A stretch of 59,869 bases of DNA from Hydrolagus affinis (taxonomy: Eukaryota). Within the stretch, counting starts at the first letter, position 1. Each line of letters opens with the position of its first letter. The notes beneath the pieces were generated by a model. It searched no databases. It was not told where the DNA came from and worked only from the letters and a program-made list of their open reading frames with translations. The stretch spans positions 62,001-121,869 of the forward strand of contig JAAILG010000231.1 in NCBI GenBank assembly GCA_012026655.1, given 5' to 3'. Positions 12,692 to 26,462 of this stretch are shown here, one piece after another. The position numbers were made by a program, and so were the translations under genes.

Positions 12692-13765
12692 GCAACAAAA
12701 TTACGTTTGTATAGCACCTTCTATGTCTTCCCAAGGTGCTGGACAATCAGTGCTTCAGACCTGAGCTGAGGGTTGGGATAGGAGAGGGTGGAGGGCAAGG
12801 GTGGGGATGGAGGGTGACCAGAATAGTCAAAGTGGAGGGTCTTGAGATGGATCTCAAAGGAGGCAAGGGAGGGGGCAAGGTGGAGGGATTGCAGGATGGA
12901 GTTCCAGAGGGGGCAGAGTGGCTAAAGTCCCACCCGCCATTCGTGGGCAGCATGAGGCAGCCCAGAGCGCACTGAGCGAAGGAAGTGGTTAGATTGGTAG
13001 GTGTTTAGGATGTAGCAGAGGTATGTGGGGCTCGGGGGAGGGGGGGAAAAGGGTGGTGAGTCTATGTAGGGCTTTGAAAGTGAGGACCAGAATTTTGAAT
13101 TGTATTCACTGTGTGATGAGAAGCCAGAGTCGAGTGAGGATGTGGGTGATGTAGGTTGTGAGCCTGATGCGGGAGGGGACATGGGCTGCAGAATTCTAGT
13201 TGAACTGCAACCAATGGAGGGAGGAGTTGGGGTGGCAGACAAGCATGGAATTTGTGTAATCAAACTTGAATGTTATGAAAGTATGTACGAGGGTTTCGAC
13301 CATTAGCAGTGTGAGACAGTGGTGAAGACTGGCAATGTAGCGGAGATGGGGGAAGGTAGAGCGGGTCATGGAGTAGATGGAGTAGAAAGGACAGTTGAGA
13401 GTCAAGCAAGATGCCAAGGTTCCAGACTGGAACTGTGAGATGTAATGTGCATCCTTGGATGGTCATGTTGTCAGTGTCTGAGATGTGGAATTGCTGACAG
13501 GAGCCAATCAGTAGGGCCTTGGTCTTGTTGAATTTCATCTGTAGAAGGTTAGCTCTCATTCAGAACTTGATGTCTAATAGACACTCTGTCAATTCAGCAG
13601 TGGAGACAGAGATAGAGTTGGGTGTCATCTGCATACATGTGGAAGTTAACTCCATGTCTGCAGGTGATATCTATCAGCTCCAAGGGGGAGCAGATAGATA
13701 TTGAAGAGGCAGGGACGAAGTACCAAACCCTGACAAATGCCACACTAGACGGTGCAGGGGCTAGA
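12692..13765 (-). mobile_element. L2 LINE 3' 1.1 kb, degenerate
   Basis: VNFHMYADDTQL at about 13617-13652, KFNKTKALLIGS, VWNLGILLDSQLSF and TLVHTFITFKFDYTNSML, then the 3' tail. Confidence 0.9.
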
Positions 13766-15881
13766 GAACAATTATTTTTATGGGCAACACTCCAGATTGA
13801 AACTGCTTTTGCCAGGATAGGTACAGGATTTCTATCTATAAGCCATTCAATTCATTAAAATGGTTCCACCATTTTATTCTCAATCAATGCGAGATGTCAG
13901 AGAAGAAAGGATTGGGACACTTTCATGTTCAAAGAAAGTGGGGAATGTAAAATGACTATTTAGCAAACATGGATATATTCATCCATAGTACTTTCCCCAT
14001 TCAATGTATAATCTCCTATTCTCATGCAAAAGTGAACAATTTTATGTGTCTTTCTGTATCATTCTGCTGAAGTGTTTCATCTTAATAGCAACCAGATTTG
14101 CACACAGAAACACAATACTGCTTTCTCTCATTTTGTCCACCCCCGGTGTTTAAGTAATAACGTACTATCTTTAGAAATCTCTGTAATAATGAACTTTTTT
14201 TCATTACATACGGAAAGCAAGTAATAGTTTAAGTAACTTCTGATTTTCCTTTTACTGTTTAGAATTCTTTTCAGTTTTCTATTGTTTATAATGAGTGCAA
14301 TTTCACAATTTGGCACATATAACTGGAAGAGGAAAGGGCACTGCTGTCACAGATATTTCTATCCTATGTAATAGTTTTGGCCTTAAATACATTGCCTGCT
14401 GTAAGAGATCTGGCGAAAGAAATTCAAAAGAATGAAACAAAACATTTCAAATGAAAACAAATTCCATGCATCTGCAAGCAAGATGCATTTAAATAAACAT
14501 TAGCGAAATGTGTCTAAAATGGAAGCTGATAAAATTAGTACCACATTGGTCTAAACTTCTAACATCCTTTCTTTACAGTAAACAAGATACAAGCGCAGAA
14601 TGTGTGTTAATATTATCCATGTGGCCTGAAAGTCATTAGTCAGCTGAATGTTTCATCTCAAACGAAAGTGAGCAACACTCAAAGGAAATAAAGAGAAACC
14701 TACACATGTTGGCTTGGATGGGTGTATGACCCTTTTGATGCAATAATTGCTAGCTGTTTGTGCTTGTTTCAAACATTGGAAAAGGTTCCTGCACAAATAG
14801 AATAAAATATTATGTTCACTGTGCATTTATTATTTCCAAAGACTACTATCATTATTCAGAATGAGTATGGTCTTTTGCTCAGAAAGTTCAATACTATACA
14901 GTCATGTTTGTCTTTTGCTGGCCTGTGAAGATTTACAAATCATTTATGACTTCTTGCAAGCTTCATATCCAGGTGATGAATATAGCTGGCAAGCATGAAT
15001 AATATTCAAAAACTAAACCATTAATTCAACAGATGGGCCTAGATTTTAATCAAATAATTTTTTTATAGTGCATATTGAAAAATGATATTTTAAACATGTG
15101 CACTCAATGAAGGGGACTTTAACAGAAGTACAGAAAAAAAGGGGAGTAATTATGGAAATGATAGATAATGTGCATTGGTTGTCAACAAAGTGAACAAACA
15201 CTTGTCAATTGTCTCTAGTTGATTACTAACCTTGTATAACTAGGATAATGTGCATGGCACATTAGGTATCCTTTGTGAACCATAAAAATCGCATTGATAT
15301 GTTGTAAGTTTTAACTCTATTTAAAGAGTGTCAAGTCCAGGTCTTTCGTGACTAATGGGCAGAGATGAACAGGTTTTCAAGAAAAAAAAGGGAGCCAATG
15401 AGAAAATACAGAACCACAGCTCCCCCCACAGCTCATTTGGTAAAGTCCCTTCCTAGATTGAAACTGAGCCACATAATGTAGATAACAAAAGTTCCAGATG
15501 TGAAACGCAGTCAGAAAATTAGATCCTATAGTTTTCAGTATTGGCTAGAATAATTTAAAGCAACTTAATAACTCAATTATACTTAACGAACGAATCTCTG
15601 TTTGAATTTGTTCAAAATACACACTTTAACACCTCTAATGGCTAAAGGTTAAGTAGGGGGGGGTTGCTCAGTCCAGAAAGCAAGGAGAGGGGTGGAAATT
15701 GGCTAGTTTCCAACAACAACAATATGCATTTATACAGCGCCCTCCACGCCGGGCAGCGTCTCAGAGCGCTTCAAAATGGCAGAGCCCAAGACCGAGCTGG
15801 GAGAAAGGGGAGGTGACCATAAGTGCAGTTCTAACACCCAATGATGTCCCCTGTGATCAATTGCTTCACAATACTAAATAC

Positions 15882-15967
15882 TAATAAATAATGGCCACAT
15901 ACACAGATGTGTGGCATTATTTATTAATTTATTTATTTATTAATAAATAATGCTCACATACACAGAT
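15882..15967. repeat. short direct/inverted/direct triplication
   Basis: TAATAAATAATGGCCACATACACAGAT, then an inverted partial copy GTGTGGCATTATTTATTA, then TAATAAATAATGCTCACATACACAGAT. Confidence 0.8.
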
Positions 15968-17211
15968 CCTCCAAGGTGTGGCAGGCTCATGTGACCCATA
16001 TTCCAGTCAAAATAATAGTGACCACTGAGTGTGTTTAGGGGGTAGAAGAGGAGAGAATATTAGGCAAATATGTCTTTATTGGCAATATCAGTTTATTATT
16101 GGGCAGGTTACACGTGAAATAATCCATGAATGTTAACAAGCTTGCAGTAGCATTCTGCACCAATGTGAAAGTAACAGTATTCAACGCAGTGGTATCTTAC
16201 AAACAAATTACAAATATTCTAAGTATCTGTACATTTATTCATCATTAGAATTAGATACATAATTATACAGAATTGCATGGAGCACTTTGAAAAATGGAAA
16301 CCCACTTTTAACAGATAATAAATTATATTTTGCTTACAACACTTCTGCGAGGCATTCTTAAATGTTTGATTCTCACATAAGGCTTTTTTGGGGGGGTGTG
16401 GGGGGCTATGAAAGGTTCTGAGACATACAAGAACCCATAATATGCTTAAGAACATCCAAAGAAGACAGAGTTCCACCTAGGAATACATGAAAACTAACCA
16501 CCGGTACCAAAACAGTAAAGATGGAATGACATGACTTTTGCCTCATATTCCATTCATATTGTGAAGCAGCCAGTTTAATCATGTTCTACCTTAAATTAAC
16601 AATCTGATCCAATTGACAATATTGCCACAAATAAAATTCTCAATTAAAATACCAAATCGTCAGTCAACTGAACTCACATGACAATGCGTATCATCCTCTT
16701 GACATGTTTTGGTTAGATTTGCCAGTGATGTTTGACAACACCCTCCTAATCTGCAACAGCTAGAATTTACCTCTGGTATTTGCCATCTCTTCAATATGCT
16801 TCAGTTACATTCGCCCCTGGTTAACATATCTTTATTATGCCTCAATTAACAGTTGCCCCTGGTGTTTAACATTGTTCTATTATGCCTCAGTTAGTATATA
16901 CCTCGATGCTCCATATTTCTTCAGCTGATTGAATTTACACAGCTGCCTTTCATATGCACAAACATGCTAAGTACATAACGTTATGTTTACGCTAGTAGGA
17001 AGCAAGAAAAAAAATGTTGCGTGTGAAGTGACTTACAACAACAAAGCCGAGACATCAACCAAACCGATAGATAGATTTAAAAAAAATTCAGGTGGTCTTG
17101 GGAGAGGGGTGGGTGGGAAGAAGAGAAAAAGACACTTGGCACACAGATATCAAGACAGTTGTGAAATGCACAGGCGGTATATACAGGACAGTGTGTAAGG
17201 GAGTCACTTAC

Positions 17212-17376
17212 CCAGGGCCCCGGGCACAGCAGACTAGCCGGGGACACGGGAGGCGCTCAGGCGGCCTCAGGTTCAGACACGAGCCGCTCCAGCTGCTTCT
17301 CATTTGCTCCGGGTCTGTCGCGTGGTGCTCTGAGAGCTGGGGAAAGGCCTTTTTATTATATCCCCCCAATCCCAAT
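17212..17376 (-). other. candidate orphan promoter and GC-rich first exon (possible lncRNA)
   Basis: TATAATAAAA on - at 17360-17351, CCAAT at 17366, 17372 and 17481, a CpG-rich stretch of about 120 nt, then a consensus donor GG|GTAAGTG at 17211. Confidence 0.4.
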
Positions 17377-19184
17377 CTGCCGCACTGGTGAGCAAATCTA
17401 GAACTTTCTATCTGCATGTTGCATCGCAGAAGCAAACCCACACAGTTATTACATCTGTGCGAAATGATGGAGCCAGCCCTCCAATCGCCGTGTGCAACGT
17501 TTGCATAGGTGACTTTAGTACCATTTAATAATCCATCTCTTTGATATACATCGTGTCTCTCTCTACCTACCACAGATACAGGGCTTTCTCCCCCGCCCCC
17601 GGATTCATAGTTGTGGATTCCAAGCCACCACCAAGACTTCAGCCCAATCTATCACAGTATAATATGGTTCAACCTACTTTCCAGTGCAGTCCAGTGGGAG
17701 CTGCTTTGCTGCAAGTGCCGTCCTTCGGATAAGTGGTTACACCGAAGTCATGTCTGCCCCATTTGGTGAGATTCAAGTGAATCTTAAGGCATTGCATGGC
17801 ATTGTTTGTGAACACGGCATGTGTAGCTAGTATTCATCTGTCACACCGATTTACCCAAAACAAATACTGTATCATTCATCCCATCTTTGCTGCTGCTGGG
17901 AATGTCGTTGGTGTAGATGAGCTGTTTCTCTCTACAGTTCTGAAAAAAATATTATCATTGAAGGGCCCCCATTTCAAAATGCTTACGTTATTCTTTATTA
18001 GAAAATATGAACCGTTTTAGAGAAAGCGGATTGCAAATTCTAGTCGCCCGAGTCACCTGAGCAGTGGGAATGTTACATGGAAAACCATGAGACTCCCATC
18101 ATTATATTATATTCTTTCGTGCAAAAGTCAAGCACTCCATTCAAAATAGGACCATCGAAAAAATAAAATCACCGCTTTCAAAAGCAAACATTCCATTTAA
18201 AACAATTAGAAGGAAAAAAAATGTATCCATTGCGACATTACTATAAACACACGCTATTAAATAATCTTTGAAGTGTATGGCACATCTGAATTCTGGGATC
18301 TGAATTATGAAAGTAATAAACAGGATACGCCCTCCATAACAAAAACAATATGCATTGTAAATCATTCAGTGTTACACCGTTACATGGAAAAACATTGAAG
18401 TTTAAGTGATAAAAGTTTGTCGGCGTTACACAATATTTGCGGCTGGAGAGAGAGAATGCCTGGAAGGGTAGGATGATTATGAGACTACATCAAAACAGAA
18501 ATTACCCGAGAACCAAACAGGGGAAATAAACATATCCACCTCGCAGGAGCATCACTGACTGACTACTGCAAGAACGATATGAAAGGGTGGGTGAGACCTA
18601 ACAAATGCAATTATTTTAAAGCCTGCGCCCTTAATAGAAACCGACAGTAATTAAGGTTTGGGGATGATCGTTTTCGCATTGCATTGCACGGTAATCTAGC
18701 TACAAATCGTGTTGAGGGTATAATCAGTCACAACTGCAGTTAATCATTTAACTAAAAACATCAATCGCCAAACATTGGATAACTGTGGCTGCAGACTGCA
18801 GCGAAATGACAAGGCGATTTGCAACTGACATAATGCTGTTAATGGGAACAACATAACCGTTTACAGGTGACGAAAAAGGCTCAGACGGGGAAGGACTTAA
18901 ACCCTGTTCAGAGTGTGTTACAATGGAAAAAAAATGTTTGGCTGTTTTTACTGTCGATTTGGAAACACTTTAGGCACCGGGGAGTTTTTTTCTTGCTCTA
19001 ATTTCTCAACTTTAAAAAAAAAATTGAACTATTCAACATTTTGAAATAGTAATCAGGAAATGTGGCAAAATATAGCAAAGAGTTTGGTTTATGAATGAAC
19101 ACACAAGTGACGCGCATAACCCCTTCAGATGTAATGTGAGCGTGTGTGTACACATACCCCTTGGGCACCAGGATTTCCTTTGTA

Positions 19185-19325
19185 ATAATAATGTCTTGTA
19201 TTTGATACAGCGCCATATCACATCATTCAGAGGACCCAAAGCGCTTCACGGAATACACTGTAAAATGAAGTGACTGCATATTTAGTGGGCGAAAATACTA
19301 TATAAATCGAAGTTGTTGTTGTTAT
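19185..19325 (-). mobile_element. SINE 3' tail fragment
   Basis: TCTTGTATTTGATACAGCGCC...CAAAGCGCTTCAC matches the family tail. Confidence 0.6.
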
Positions 19326-20940
19326 ATGCCATACAATTGCATTAGATGGCGTTTAAAATATATGGGAGAGAACAATTTGCAACGTCGAGCTGCTTTGTGT
19401 ACGCATCTTCATTTCAGACTGTTTATTATTTCAGTTATAGCAGCCACCTAATATCAACATAGAAAATGTAGAATATACTATTTCATTAAATTTTCCTGAG
19501 AGAATTAAGAACCGTGCTCTTTTTGTTTTGGGTCAGTTTAAATTGTTGTCACAACTCTTTATTAAATAATTCAACAAAAACTAGGTTATAGATACTTCCA
19601 ATGTACAGTTCCTAACGTATGTTGCTGTAATATTTTACCTGCAAAGTTTCACTGCCCGCGATGCTCACTGTCTGTCTGTATATCGTTTAATTTAAGGGGA
19701 GTAACAACATTTTTAATAACGACATTTCCTACCCGCATTTTAGTAACTTGCAATTAAACAGCACAATTTAAGCTTGGAAATCACAATTGGAAATCGTAAA
19801 ATCTGAATTTGCCTCATGTGCGCAACGCAAAATAAATGTGTTATATGCTATCAAATGATATGACTGGACATCTCACGTGTTTTATTTCTAGGTGAAAGTT
19901 GATTCACACAGGTTAGCCAACCCAGAAATCGTCAAGGTAAGCCAGTCTTGCAAACGGAAGCTTCATATCATTCGCACTATTGTAAATATCTGTAGTGTTG
20001 CCGCTGATTTACTCCATACCAATCAAGTGTTTTGCTTTTTTTAAAAAAATACAACTTGGAACATGGGTAAACTCAGGCTTTAATTTGAATCACCACGCAA
20101 GGATTGAAATACAATTTTGAACCGCAATTTAGATACTTGTTAATGCAAATATCGCTCAAGGAAAATTCAAGATCGATTTCCATCGAACTAAAACAGTTAA
20201 ATTCGTGGCATTATAATTTAAAAAAAAAATAAATAAATGGAAGATGGCAGCTAATAAAGTAGAGTTTTAAACAGAAAAAACTTGAGAGTAAATTAGTTCA
20301 CTCGCTTTTATCTAAAAGTATTTTGACTTCTTTCCATTCGTTAACTTTTTTTTAAGTTTAAAAGAGAAAAACAAGATTAAAAACGTGATTCTCTGCCAAG
20401 GAGTATAAGAATAATTATTAAATATTTACTCTAATGACGTTTTAACTCATCTTATCAGTATTGTTGTTATACATGTACAGATCTACAGGAAGCTCTGAGT
20501 TGATTATTAAAATTGACAGACTTTTCGTAAAATGTACTTTGCGAGGATAAAAACTGTTCAGGGCATTTAACGATGAGAGACAGACTCTGTTGCGTTTATT
20601 TCCTACCTGCCAACAATAATCAGGAGGTGGCGCCACATCCCGCCATGGTTTCCTTCAATTGAAAGGTCCAATTGGATGGAAGTCATCGCTGCAGTTGTTT
20701 TGGGATTAGAAATTGCTGGAGGGACAATATTATTTATATTAATAAAGAACGACGCCATTCATCGAAAAATAATTGTAATGTTTCATTACATACGCACATG
20801 AATATCGAAGTAGAGCAGTGAATCATTATATTAAATAGATTTACAGCCTCTGCAATACTATATATTAAATAGGTTTTAAATAATTGCACTCATAGATACA
20901 AGCAACATCTTTACACAGTTTTCTGTTGTAAGAGTGATGA

Positions 20941-20966
20941 GTGTGTGTGTGTGTGTGTGTGTGTGT
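20941..20966. repeat. (GT)13 microsatellite
   Basis: Direct reading. Confidence 0.95.
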
Positions 20967-21629
20967 TTCTCGGGGCAGGCTGTGAAATTGTAAGCAGTTT
21001 GCAGAAAAAGACGTTTTAATGTTCCCCAGTTTGCGTCCAGTTTTTACGCATCTACGAGAAGTAGGATCAATAAACTCTGCTGAGATAAAATTCGGAGATT
21101 TTCAGCGAGTGGATGTTTTAAATTCAAAACATTTTGCGGTGGCAGTATCATAAAGTGCTACATCATTGCAAATTTCACAAGATGCTAAAATCAGAACGTC
21201 AAACATGCAGATTATGCAAATAGCACAAGAAAAAGTTAAAGCTTGAATCGTAATGCCTGTAGTCTATCGGTGTGCACTCGTTACACATGGGAGACCACGG
21301 GTAATTCAAGGTGGTTTAACAGAACCCAAAAGTTCACTATTCTGTCCCCACCCCATACACCGTCTATATATAAGATATGAAGGAATAGAGCGATACAGTA
21401 CTATGGATCATTCCGACATTAGAGTTATCTATTACAGGTATTTACTCGAAATACTGTGTTTCACGAAACAATTATATTTTAAATTATATTATTAGAATCC
21501 ATATTTATTAAATAGATTGATTTGCCAATCGGCACATTGATCGGTTCATTCACTAAACCACATTTTCTGCACATTGACAGACAAGGTACGGTGTTTCAAT
21601 TTAGCACCAGGAAACTCAAATAATTATAG

Positions 21630-21653
21630 ATATATATATATATATATATATAT
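21630..21653. repeat. (AT)12 microsatellite
   Basis: Direct reading. Confidence 0.95.
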
Positions 21654-24600
21654 TGTTAAATCTAACTACATAGAGGGACTCATTACTCATCCGGACACAT
21701 AATTATGAAAACAAATCGTGTTTATTTGTTTATATTCATCGAATTAATTGGTCTTCTCGTTAGCTTTTTTTTTGCTCATCGCGCTTTTTTTCTTTATATG
21801 GTTATTGTAACCATGGAAATATATTTAATGAAGCAAACTGTTTTATATATATTTTTTCTTTTACTCTACTTCGAATCGGAGGATATAACGAACGTGCAGA
21901 ATTTAGTTTCCTGATGGTTTTTCATTCTTGTATTATGCAATCCGGACTCACCATTTAATTTATTCGGTATTAAATTACTCAGTATAAATTTTCGGAAACA
22001 TTAGTAGGTATGATTTTATTTCTACGTAGAATTTGTTGTTTCTTTTTCTTTTTTTACCATTAATGTGGACGTGAAAAGTTTTATAATTTTACACATTTTT
22101 GTTTACATAGTTAGGTATGCACGCCTTCGTTAATTAACAATATACATTTATGGACAATATGTAAGCACATTCCAGCGTACAAAGTGTGTCTAAATACTTT
22201 AAATAAGACACATATAAAGATCCAGTTTGATACACTTTCATGGTTTTTAGCAGATGCGCCATAAATTCTATTTTCCAGGTTTTATATATACATATATATG
22301 CACTGTATATATATCTTGCCTTTTAAGATGGATTTCTGACGAAATCTGGGATTCCACAGATGTGAGTATGATATAAATCAAATTAATTGCATAAAGCAGT
22401 CAGCTACTCAATTTTTAATTTTATCATAAATTCAGCAGGTTTCTAATTTTTTTTAAAAAAACGTATTAGAAATCAGTGAACGTAGAAAGATTGAAATTTA
22501 CTTATTAGATTGAATGGCAATCACACCCATTTACACTTTGTAAGAAAAACAAAGAGACATAAGAGAAACTAGAAGTGTTCAGTGTAATCTTACAAACCCG
22601 TGCGTTAGTGGTTGACAAACTTTCGTGAGGAGAAATAGTAACCGTTCAAACAATGAATGCATATTCACACAGACCTTCAGTAAATAGATACCATGACACT
22701 GGAGCTGAGATTTTAAACTTGTTAATGATATTGCATTCTTCTATGTTTTCATATAATAAATGGGGTGGGGGGGGCTGAGACCCATTGAGATTTTGTTACG
22801 TCACCTTAAAATTTCCTATTCACCAGATAAGCAACGGCTGCACAAGATGTGTTCAACGTTTTGTGTTTTAAGCTTTTCAGTGTTCAGTGGTCCTTTTGTT
22901 TGGGGGGGAGATTTTTTTTCTTCACATTTAAGGTTTTCCCAAAACGACACAGGGAGCTGTCACAGCACAAAAGATTAATTAATTGAAATAAGCAATACCA
23001 ATATTAAAAGGTAACATCTGAAAAACCCAGGTAGTCACTGACCTTACTGATCATGATCTCTGAATCAATACAAAGTCGAAGTTTTGTCACTTCAGAAACA
23101 GTGATAGAATGGTAGAACAATGAAAGAGTTAAAACCAGGCTCCCGGGGGAACGGCGTTAATAAAATTAGCTGAAATCCACAAAATATTTAGATCTTTCCG
23201 AAATGAACATCTACATATTAGTTCAAACACGAGCACGATTGTGTCAACGCTACAGTTTTCAGATGTAACAAAAAAAATTGCAGTCTTCAGGTGGGAATGT
23301 TGTAACGTTTTAGTGTGATCTCACATTAATGGTTTCCAAACAGATCAGCCGGCCTCAAGCCCTCCTGCAAAGACAGTATAGTGATCCTGAACTTGGGAAA
23401 CACCCCAATCGACCTTGATAATGGTATCAAGGTTTGTTTAAAAAAAATACGAAGTGATAGGTAACCATTGAGATTTCATCTTTTGTACATCCACCTTTGC
23501 AATGCAATACAATGGAATGCAGCTTGATCTAATCACGGTTTGCATTCAACCGTGAATTCCCTGTGTTTTGTTTCTGTTCACGCCATTTCAGACAAAAACT
23601 TGGATCTGATCTAAAACATGACGCGTCTTTGCAGGTAAGATATCAGAATACTGTACTGGCAATAGCCATGGTCTGGTCTGGTAACCCTTTAAGGTCGTTT
23701 CGTTCTTGGTATTTCATGCGCAAAGAACAAACAGTCCGATACAAAACCGAAGGGGGTGGGGGGGGGGGGGGGGCATGTACTTTTTACAGTAGTCTAAGTA
23801 GTATATCTCAGTCATTCTACGTGTGAGTTGAGTTGAGATTGAATAGTATTCCAATGAATAATCGCAAAATTCAAAATACCGCAAAATAAATCAGGCGTTT
23901 AAATGTTTCCGAATTTTCACTACTTTGTTCATGCTAAAACCCCGAGACATGCGGGACTGCAACATTTGAACAATTTGTACTATATTAAGGAGAGCATTAA
24001 ATATATATATCGAGGACTATAACGAGCATCGTCAATGCTGTAGCTCTATGGAGAATTCTATTAATTATCAAGATTTCGAACAAAACCGGAGCAAATCTGA
24101 TGTAAACTTGGATATCATGACTCAATCCATAGCTTCACCAATTACTTTGTTATACCAAACACACCAATGATCTAAATAACACGGCACCCACACTTTCTTA
24201 TTGATTATATTCTCAGAATTCATATTTTAAATAAAGGTGGTCAATAATACCTGTGTATGTTTAAGTTTATCCGATGTAGCATCACTTTTGCTGTAACCTT
24301 GTTTCTGGATAGCAGCAGAAAATGAACACGGAGAGAACATTTACTCTGAAGATTCGCACTTCAATCATCTTAGGACCGCTGTGTCTGTAAGTAGTGAAAT
24401 TTCCCCCAAATCTCTCAGTAATTCAGGTATTTTCCACGTGTGGGTATTTACGAAACACGACACATGTTTATGGGGGAAAAATATCAATAGTGCGACTTTG
24501 GAAACAAAAACAACACCATAGATACGAAGAAAATACAGTTGATAACATCTCCCATGGACTTTTATATGACGAGGTCCACATGTAAAGCTAATATTTGGAT

Positions 24601-26374
24601 GCCATTAACCGTTTTTATAGATTAGTATAGATTTCTAGTAAAATAATTTACCAAAACATTGTTAGTGCACTTTTCTCTGAGACATGGCGTATCTATATAA
24701 AACTAACTATGAATATGTGTGGATTTTCTGTAAATACAGGTAACTTTTAATGAAATGATTATGAACCCAATTGATAGAAAATCTGGCGTTCCATGAAGTC
24801 AGAATCTATCGATTCTCCGTGTGAATGTTTTTTTTATACACACTTGCAAGTTGCAAGTTGAAATGTCTGTATTAAAGGATATGCTTAGCAATATTTAACG
24901 CAAATCGCTAGTTTGTTCATTTTACCAGTACCACATTGTGTCAGAATAACGTTGTAAGGACCCTGTTTACACCCTCCCGCAAAGTCTAGGCTTTATCTGT
25001 GTGCTGCTTTTCTGGATTCCCATGGAAGACGGAGATTGGATTTCAACAAAGGGAGACACAGTAAAAGATCTGCGTTTTTTTAAAAAAAATAAAGAAACAC
25101 CTACATCAGGAGGATTAAGATGTCTATTACACTTTAAAAACTCTGGGATCGCAATCATTGCCAGATTTGTCGATACATTTTAAACATATTAATGTTTCCA
25201 TCTGATACACTTAGTGCATTGTTAGTTTGGACTCTGGTATTGACTTGGAATGTTTGTTTTATTTTTTCGCTTCCCTCAATGGAAGTTCACTAAACATTTA
25301 TTCACGCCATAAAACATGCAATATTATTTTCTTCAATTCAAAGTAAATCTGCACAGGCACATTACATCATGCCCTACAATTAAAAGACATGAAGACATTT
25401 CGGAATCTTGCTTTAAAATCGACGTTGCAATATTTGTGAGAGTATTGTATACAGCGTTTATATCTTATCAAGCACAATGAACAACCAACCTCTGGTTCTG
25501 TACATTTCCTCATTGACATCTCATTTTTTTTTGCAAAAAACGATTTAGAAGAATGTCGAATAAATTACATTCTGTGAACGTTTGTGCTTCACTGAGAAGA
25601 CTATAAATATTTATTTCTCCCATTTCCGAATATTTAAATCAAAACTTTCGAATTCAGGAATATGCAGTAATTACATTGAATTCGTCTGACTATTGATTGC
25701 ATTTGTTATGGGTGAATAACAATTTTCATTCTGCAGGAACTTACATGGATTTCAATGTCAGATTATAATGGAAAAAATAAACAATGACAGTGGACAAGCA
25801 ATGTAAAGCATTGTACAGAGTCTCAAAAACAGGATTATAAAATCCTGGGACCTGATGCATGTTTTGGGTAAGTAGATAATGAGAAACAATTTGAAAAATG
25901 TTCTTTAAAAAATGCATTGTGTGGTATTTATTTTTACAAGGTCTGTTTCCATTTTTCCCCCCCTTAGAATGCTGAGATTATTTCATGTTTACAAAAACTT
26001 TTTATTATTAATTAATTAATTGATTAATTAATTTTAAAAAAAGAAAATCCAAACAGATTCGAAATGATTTAAAGGCCGCTTACGGAAACAATTGCAGGAT
26101 TCATCTCGTTTGTGTTGCCATTCACTTTAATGGACCAGGGTATATTTGACCTTTGTTATTTAAGACCACACTCAGCACCTCAATGGAAACAAGTTAAGCA
26201 CGTTTGGCTCTGGCAAACATTATCCTTTTCCACTGGAGACTTACCCTGTGCAAACGGGCTCCCCCCCCGCCCCCCCCCCTACCCCCCCATCCCCATCCCC
26301 ACTACCAATGTTACCCATGCTCTATCGCTTCATATGCGGCCCTGCACATTTGGTGGGAGGGAGAGAGACACAGA

Positions 26375-26462
26375 GAGAACATAAGAATAGAAGAACATAA
26401 GAAATGTTAGGCGAAAAAAACCCACTAAGCTCCATCTGGTTTGCCTTCCTGGCGGTCGCATG
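26375..26462 (-). mobile_element. CR1 LINE 3' terminus
   Basis: AGAACATA octamer-type repeats followed by a CR1-like terminal stem region. Confidence 0.5.

Noticed and set aside
16813-16893. Two copies of about 41 bp (GCCCCTGG...TATTATGCCTCA); also the 17-bp repeat at 50363/50388
   Set aside because: Ordinary local tandem duplications with only two units; not CRISPR-like or otherwise structured.
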